Made by a program: the position numbers and the translations under genes. DNA of 63,057 nucleotides, counting the filler, from an uncultured bacterium (GTDB lineage Bacteria; CAYUVA01), in assembly GCA_964448115.1 (NCBI GenBank). It is 4 parts of 4 records of this genome, joined end to end, with 100 filler letters (N's around TTAATTAATTAA, not from the genome) between each part and the next. Parts side by side here need not be neighbours in the genome. Positions count along the whole stretch, not along the records: positions 54,918 to 63,057 come from CAYUVA010000069.1; 3 more parts are not named here. One strand, 5' to 3'. Shown here piece after piece: positions 57,281-63,057 of this stretch (within the stretch, counting starts at the first letter, position 1; each line of letters opens with the position of its first letter). A model generated the notes under the pieces. It saw only the letters and a list, made by a program, of their open reading frames with translations. It had not been told where the DNA came from and searched no databases.

Positions 57281-58534
57281 ATGATAAAGGTAGAGGAATC
57301 TAATGAGAACATCGCTAGCAGGGGAAGCGCAAGGATAAAAATAGCAAGCCCATCGCTTCTCATAAGAGCAAAAGGGTTAGGCTTTGGGATCGATACCTTG
57401 CGAATGGCGGAAATGTATGTCGAGGATCTAAAGGGTGAAAATGAAAGACTATTGCATGTCATTTGCGTGGATGAATTAGCCTTAGAGAACTCGAACCTAT
57501 CGAACAGGATGCTCTTAAGATTGCCTGAGAGAGATCAGTATATCCGGGTGGAAAAAGATCCTTGCGCTGCGAGGAGTGCTTTGAGTTCTAGGATGGATGA
57601 TATCAGTAATTGGCTAGGTGACGAAATCGAGGTGGTCATTCTATTTGGCATAATGCAGCAGAAAAACTGCGGAATGTATGCAGAGGCAGCTCGCTACCTT
57701 GCCTTTGAAAAAAATAAGCATGTATGCGCAGTTATTGGATTACACCAGGACTTCGATTTTACTAAGGACATAGAACCAAGCAATAATTCCAAATCTCACG
57801 AGAATCATAGCGATGAACCCAAATGCCACAAAAATCATGAGAATACAATCAGAGCGGTAAAACTATCTTTGTGGGAAATGAAGCATTATTGTCATGGGCT
57901 TTTCATTCTCGATGGCTATCGCCTTGGCAATTCTACAAACACGGAACAAGACAAGATCCCACTAGGTAAAAAAGGTCCTATGTTTGAGCAAATGATCATG
58001 GAGCGGGTAGATTGTCTTTTAGAACTTGCAAATCAACCACATAAGACAGAGATAACCTTTGGCACGCTACTAGCAGTACTTCAAGATAAGGGACTAGCAT
58101 ACTTCAGCGTATCAAGAAAATCTGGCGTGAACAAGGTGATCAATATCATTCGGGAGGTTACTGAGGATGCCCTGTGTTTCAAGTCGAGGTTATCCGGTGC
58201 AGAGCAGGTCTTGGTCGTTTTTTCAAGCAAGGACGGCATCTATGTAAGTGAATACCAGCAAATAATGGACGCCATATACAGTAAAGCAAGCTATAATTCA
58301 GCAGGAATCCCAATCGATGTTGCTTACCTGCAAAAGGAATTAAGCCCGGGAGAATTAGAAGTCGCGGTCATAGCCACCGGTAGATACACCGATTGCGAAC
58401 GGTATCCGATGGAGAATATGATAGGCTTCAAGCGGGTCGAGATAGTAGATATATTCAAAAAGAATAAAGAAGATGATTCTAACTTGATAAAGCAGGATGA
58501 TAGATACCAAGCTATGGCATCCAAGAGGCAATAG
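57281..58534 (+). CDS. Highly divergent FtsZ/tubulin-like protein lacking the GGGTGTG signature
   Basis: Colinear with FtsZ: KGLGFG, CVDELALENS, DPCAARSA, EMKHYCHGLFILDG, QPHKTEITFGTLLAVLQDKGLA, LSGAEQVLV, EVAVIATG; GAGGGG RBS. Confidence 0.75.
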   Translation: MIKVEESNENIASRGSARIKIASPSLLIRAKGLGFGIDTLRMAEMYVEDLKGENERLLHVICVDELALENSNLSNRMLLRLPERDQYIRVEKDPCAARSALSSRMDDISNWLGDEIEVVILFGIMQQKNCGMYAEAARYLAFEKNKHVCAVIGLHQDFDFTKDIEPSNNSKSHENHSDEPKCHKNHENTIRAVKLSLWEMKHYCHGLFILDGYRLGNSTNTEQDKIPLGKKGPMFEQMIMERVDCLLELANQPHKTEITFGTLLAVLQDKGLAYFSVSRKSGVNKVINIIREVTEDALCFKSRLSGAEQVLVVFSSKDGIYVSEYQQIMDAIYSKASYNSAGIPIDVAYLQKELSPGELEVAVIATGRYTDCERYPMENMIGFKRVEIVDIFKKNKEDDSNLIKQDDRYQAMASKRQ

Positions 58535-58787
58535 CCAATCATGATAAAAATATGTTTACCTGCCGAATCTACTCTCCTGCCTTCTCAATCCCAAAGTGGG
58601 CATATCCAGCCCTGCCTCCTTTCTTTAAGCCGGGGGCTTATTCCCCATAATGCCCCCGGCTCAACCGAAGCCATATCCAAGATTGGAGGGAGAAAAGGTG
58701 AGGAAGTTTCCTTCAAGGCGCGATACCCTCATGAAAATACGGCTATAATAGGTAGAAAAAGCTAGCCTTACACCTTAATTGTTACTT

Positions 58788-60434
58788 CTATCTATAGATA
58801 ACCAGGTACTCGCCGGGGTAGATGTACTTTCTGTTGTACAGGTTGTTCCAACGGATGATCTGGCGCTGAGATACACCGAACTTGCGGGCAATCTTATAGA
58901 TACTGTCTCCCTTTCGAACCCTATATCTGATTACACGAGCTTCATTATTGCCACCATTTTTAGTGCTTTTATATGATTTGCTCGAGTATTGTCTCTTGTC
59001 ATATCGCAGCGGTCCAGCCGGGATGATGATGGTTTTGCCAGCGCGAAGGCTCCTGGGATCGTAAATATTGTTAGCCGCCTGGATTGCCTCCACGCTGGTA
59101 TGGTATCTACGTGCTATGCTAATTAGCGTCTCACCCCATCGCACCTTGTGGAACTTGAAACTGGTAATTTTATTTTTAGGGATCTTACTGTACTCAGCCA
59201 GGAATCTATCTTTTTTGCCCTTTGGAATGCGCAGAGTATAGGATTCAACATTGCCTGGGGTACACCATCTTCTTAATTCCGGGTTTAATAAGCGGATCAC
59301 ATCAAGGCTTGTCCCGGCGCATCTTGCTGCCGTCTCCAGGTCAAAGAATGCACAAACCTCTACCTCATCGAAAACCATAGGCTCATCATAATCGATGTCA
59401 AATCCGAAGCTCTCTGGGTCTTTGCCTATAATAGCAGCAGCATAAAACGCTGGCACATAGTGCCTGGTTTGCGCCTTGAAGAACCTGCGTTCTCTAAGCT
59501 CCCAGAAGTCCTCTGTTTGTCCCACTCTCACGCATCTTTTGGTTCGATTCTCTCCGCCGTTATATGAAGCAAGAGCCAGTTCCCAACTTCCGAAATAGTC
59601 ATATAACTCCTTGAGATACTTACAGGCAGAGTGTGTCGATTTAATCGGGTCGCATCTTTCATCGACCCACCAGTCGATCTTCAATCCATAGCGCTGTCCT
59701 GTTGGAGCGATGAATTGCCACAAACCCCTTGCATTTGCCCATGAGTAAACTCTGTCCCTGAAGCCGCTCTCGATGAGAACTAGCCAAACCAGATCAGCCG
59801 GCATACCATGCTCATATAGGATATCCAGGAGAATATTCATATACTTACCTGATCGTTTAAGAGCGCGTGCTATAGCTTTCCTCTTGACGCCGGTGAATGA
59901 ACGGATCACATCACGCACCTCTCGGTTATAGACTAGCTCCATCGGATAAGCATGGGGGCTATCCATCAGCTCCTTCTCGGCTATCTCAGGTATATTGGTA
60001 AGATAATCTTCCATCTCCGCTTCCCAGTCAAAGAGATGGAAGCTAAGGTCGGTAAGGCTTCCTTCATCCTGCACCAGATCCTCGACCAGAACTTCCTCGG
60101 GATCAATAGGGGATGGATACTCGTTATTAGTTATCGATTGTAGTTCATTTATATAAGCGAGTAGCGATAATCTGAGATCCTCGGTGTCATCCTCTGCAAT
60201 GAATTCATCCTCTGATTGTGGGGTCCTTAGATCCATGTCTCCGTTGGGCAGATAGGCATAGTCGTTGTTCACCTCAATATGTTCGCTTTTTGCGCTGGAG
60301 ACTCTAGGAGTGCTCCTACATCCACTATACGCAAGAGAAAATATAATCAACAAAGCGCAAAAAACTGCGACCGCCCGCATTGCCAGACATTCTAATATCA
60401 GCCCAAATCCCTTTTTTGTGCCGATTCCGTTCAT
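58788..60434 (-). CDS. mltD: MltD-like lytic murein transglycosylase with two LysM domains
   Basis: Possible lipobox YSG-C; LIESG (catalytic Glu), ARGLWQFI, LALASYNGG, QTRHYVP, LNPEL; two LysM domains. Confidence 0.9.
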   Translation of the reverse strand: MNGIGTKKGFGLILECLAMRAVAVFCALLIIFSLAYSGCRSTPRVSSAKSEHIEVNNDYAYLPNGDMDLRTPQSEDEFIAEDDTEDLRLSLLAYINELQSITNNEYPSPIDPEEVLVEDLVQDEGSLTDLSFHLFDWEAEMEDYLTNIPEIAEKELMDSPHAYPMELVYNREVRDVIRSFTGVKRKAIARALKRSGKYMNILLDILYEHGMPADLVWLVLIESGFRDRVYSWANARGLWQFIAPTGQRYGLKIDWWVDERCDPIKSTHSACKYLKELYDYFGSWELALASYNGGENRTKRCVRVGQTEDFWELRERRFFKAQTRHYVPAFYAAAIIGKDPESFGFDIDYDEPMVFDEVEVCAFFDLETAARCAGTSLDVIRLLNPELRRWCTPGNVESYTLRIPKGKKDRFLAEYSKIPKNKITSFKFHKVRWGETLISIARRYHTSVEAIQAANNIYDPRSLRAGKTIIIPAGPLRYDKRQYSSKSYKSTKNGGNNEARVIRYRVRKGDSIYKIARKFGVSQRQIIRWNNLYNRKYIYPGEYLVIYR

Positions 60435-60731
60435 AACACCACTACATTTAGTAGTTTACTGGTAAGTAAATTACAACAAGATAGGATGATTTTCAATGAT
60501 AGAATGATAATTTTTACAAGAAACGCCTAGTTGGCTGCTAATTCAACGATCATTCGATCAAGTAGTATGTTTAATAGACCAACATTAATAATCCTCGGTT
60601 CACAAATAAGACCCCATCCTGCACCATCTACCTCCAGATCGACCTGAACGCAGCCTTGCGCCAGAAATTGATAACCGAACTCGAATATTGGATTCTGGTG
60701 TGCAAAAAGGTGTTGAGATTAATGATGGGCA

Positions 60732-61889
60732 CTATGTTTTATTACAGGATAGCTTGGTTAGCAATTTGGTTATGAAATATCTAAAATTACCCGGTTTATC
60801 AGCAATCGAGTTATCGTTATCAATCCCCATTCTAAGTTGCCTGTTCTGTAGATACTTGGCCATGCCACACTGTGAACAATATGCGGGAAGCTGCCAGGAT
60901 ATAAATGCCTTACGCAGTCTGGTGAAAACATCGCCGTACCAGATCTCCTCCAGGCTCTTTTCCATAACATTCTCTTTGGTGGCATCGGCTACGCAGCACG
61001 GCGCCACTCCGCCATCGGTGCGAATGACCATGCCGATCCATGGCTCAAAGCAGGGCGCGTGAACGAAGGATCCCTTAGCGATATCGCCCAAATCATCCTC
61101 CAACAACGCATTCATATCATCAGCAGCTCTTATGAAGTCCTGTTCAAGAAATCCTTCCAGGTTGGTTCCGACCCCCACCTCTCTTGATGTATCAAGGAAG
61201 CTGGGTATAAGCTGCTGGAACTGCTTTCTTTGTAAATCAGACAATGCAAGGCTCGCCCCTAGCTCATGGTAAACATTGAGCGGCTGGATGAAAAGATATC
61301 CAACGCCATTGTCCGCTGAATAGCGAAGCATATCGCCGATCAAACGATAATTATCGCTGCAAAGCACCAGGTGGAAGCTCAAGAAAGGCTTGTCGCTGCC
61401 GAGCCTTCTCTTGATATTCTTAAATCGCCTCAAGGTCGCCTGTACAAGCTCGAATGCCTTGTCATTTCGCCTTAGCTTGTTATGCACGCTGCTAATTGGC
61501 GCATCGAGGCTTATGGTGATCTCGTCCCAGCCAGCATCGACAAGCTCATTCACAAAGCGTTCAGGGAATATGGTGCCATTAGTAATCATTGAGCCTCTGC
61601 CACCTACCTGTTTGATCGTGAGCATCAGTTGCCTGGTAAGATTGAAGCGATAAAGAGGCTCGCCGGCGCCGACTATCTGCCAATGCACGGCACCTAGCTT
61701 CGCTCCCTCGTGAACCAGCTCGATCATACGCCCATCAGGCAGACCGGGGTTTCTGGTCTCGATGGCTCTCCAGCGGCAGAAAATGCATTCAAGGTTGCAA
61801 AGATCGGTGGGATTAAGCTCAATGCGATAGGGCGGGACTTTTTCTCCTCGCATCCAGCCCTTCAGGCGGGTTATTATTTCTTTATCCAT
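60732..61889 (-). CDS. Radical SAM protein with SPASM/twitch domain
   Basis: CNLECIFC; GAGEP; ISLDA; CFEPW...GGVAPCC...CSQC. Confidence 0.92.
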   Translation of the reverse strand: MDKEIITRLKGWMRGEKVPPYRIELNPTDLCNLECIFCRWRAIETRNPGLPDGRMIELVHEGAKLGAVHWQIVGAGEPLYRFNLTRQLMLTIKQVGGRGSMITNGTIFPERFVNELVDAGWDEITISLDAPISSVHNKLRRNDKAFELVQATLRRFKNIKRRLGSDKPFLSFHLVLCSDNYRLIGDMLRYSADNGVGYLFIQPLNVYHELGASLALSDLQRKQFQQLIPSFLDTSREVGVGTNLEGFLEQDFIRAADDMNALLEDDLGDIAKGSFVHAPCFEPWIGMVIRTDGGVAPCCVADATKENVMEKSLEEIWYGDVFTRLRKAFISWQLPAYCSQCGMAKYLQNRQLRMGIDNDNSIADKPGNFRYFITKLLTKLSCNKT

Positions 61890-62100
61890 TACAATACTTC
61901 TTCTTTATGCCTTTGCATTTGTTATTCTATCACATATTGAGCCCTTAGCCTATCACCAACGGAAGAGGGCAGGGGAGAGGAGCTTTACTCTCCTCTATCA
62001 CTCTATCACTTTATCTTTGTGCAGAGTCTCGATGGATCTGAATCCACGAACTTTCCAGGAAGCATGGTGGTTCATAACCGTTTTTGACTGTAGTTTTTAG

Positions 62101-62129
62101 TTGACATTATGAAATGATTTTTTTATGCT
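62101..62129 (+). promoter_or_regulatory. Putative sigma70 promoter
   Basis: TTGACA-N17-TATGCT, 60 nt upstream of the ATG. Confidence 0.55.
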
Positions 62130-62189
62130 CTATATGTTAAATAGGTAAGGAATATGGTCTTTTCTAAATCATCAAAACTGGAGGACAAG

Positions 62190-63057
62190 ATGATGAGCAA
62201 GGCATTATGCTCGGTATCACTTAGCCTTCTGGCAGCGATGATAATTTTAGCTGTGCCGGCCATAGCTCAAGGCACCACGATCACCGTCGGGCACGGCGGC
62301 GGATACGACTACGGCACCATAACAGCGGCACTTGCAGCAGCAACATCGGGAGATACGATAACCGTCGCCGATGGAACTTATAATTACAATAGTGGAGAGT
62401 CTTTTCCGCTAGTTATGAAGCAAGGCGTTACACTGCAAAGAGAAAATGAAAGCATTCAGCCAATAATCGCAGGAATATCAACCCAATCGGTGATAGAGGT
62501 CGAAAACATATCCGATCTGAACAACACCATCATCGATGGATTTATAATCCGCGATGGCGGTGGTCATGATGTAGAAGGCGAACGATATGGTGGTGGGATC
62601 TTCATGTATCTTTCATCGATAACCATCATAAACTGCAAATTCACTGCAAACAACGCTAAGTATGGCGGCGGAATGTTTCTAGATAAATCAAGTCCTAACA
62701 TTATTGATTGTGAATTCGAGGATAATGAAGCTTCAAGTTATGGAGGTGGCATATATTGCAAGAATAACTCCAATGCGAACTTGTATAACTGCACTTTTAT
62801 CAATAACAGCGCATCAAATAATGGTGGCGGGATGTATTGCTATGACTCTTCCCCCACCTTGACCGGTTGCACCTTCAGCGAAAACAGCGCATCTTATGAT
62901 GGTGGCGGGATGTATTGCTGTTATTCTTCCCCCACCTTGATCGATTGCACCTTCAGCGAAAACAGCGCATCTTATGGTGGCGGGATGTATTGCTATTCTT
63001 TTTCTTCCCCCACCTTGACCGGTTGCACCTTCAGCGATAACAGCGCATCATATTCTG
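62190..63057 (+). CDS. 3'-truncated secreted DUF1565 / right-handed beta-helix (Pmp-like GGG repeat) protein; absent from the supplied ORF track
   Basis: GGAGG RBS; MMSKALCSVSLSLLAAMIILAVPAIA signal; TITAALAAATSGDTITVADGTY...GESFPL; repeated N.A..GGG.YC..SSP....C.F..N; frame open to the window end. Confidence 0.85.
   Translation, partial: MMSKALCSVSLSLLAAMIILAVPAIAQGTTITVGHGGGYDYGTITAALAAATSGDTITVADGTYNYNSGESFPLVMKQGVTLQRENESIQPIIAGISTQSVIEVENISDLNNTIIDGFIIRDGGGHDVEGERYGGGIFMYLSSITIINCKFTANNAKYGGGMFLDKSSPNIIDCEFEDNEASSYGGGIYCKNNSNANLYNCTFINNSASNNGGGMYCYDSSPTLTGCTFSENSASYDGGGMYCCYSSPTLIDCTFSENSASYGGGMYCYSFSSPTLTGCTFSDNSASYS
62805..63057 (+). repeat. 78-nt coding tandem repeat (26-aa beta-helix coil)
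   Basis: Units start with AACAGCGCATC at 62805, 62883, 62961 and 63039. Confidence 0.9.

Noticed and set aside
56039-58534. Assigning the symbols ftsA and ftsZ as canonical division genes
   Set aside because: Catalytic motifs are absent and there is no dcw context; left unnamed pending structural confirmation
62805-63057. Possible CRISPR array or DGR template/variable repeat
   Set aside because: In-frame coding repeats with no unique spacers; no reverse transcriptase in the window
1-63057. rRNA, tRNA or riboswitch genes
   Set aside because: None recognised by eye; a tRNAscan-SE/Infernal run would be needed to exclude them

Overview
This 63-kb window holds four separately assembled contigs joined by 100-nt artificial linkers (N44-TTAATTAATTAA-N44 at 22256, 43639 and 54818), so adjacency across the linkers is not evidence of genomic linkage. 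The genes suggest a diderm bacterium (FadL-type porin, lipoprotein, MltD), probably an uncultured lineage. Contig 1 carries envelope and glycosylation genes, uvrB, a pseudokinase-TolB fusion and a large glycoside hydrolase fusion. Contig 2 carries a 3282-aa modular secreted protein, a thioredoxin-TPR protein, cstA, a lipoprotein, an AftB-like GT-C and decayed genes. Contig 3 carries an isolated phage-type terminase, a sensor kinase, a HEAT-PilT fusion, a Kelch protein and IS remnants. Contig 4 carries an XRE regulator, a very divergent ftsA-ftsZ-like pair, mltD, a radical SAM enzyme and a beta-helix protein. Two candidate novel systems stand out. (1) An AT-rich ftsA/ftsZ-like operon in which both proteins keep the family sequence pattern but have lost their nucleotide-binding motifs; it is divergent from an XRE regulator and converges on a lytic transglycosylase. 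(2) A ~105-aa domain ending in WPYL, present 8 times in 5 unrelated proteins and always at the extreme C-terminus, which looks like a lineage-specific sorting or anchoring signal. All calls come from motif recognition by eye; no database searches were run.
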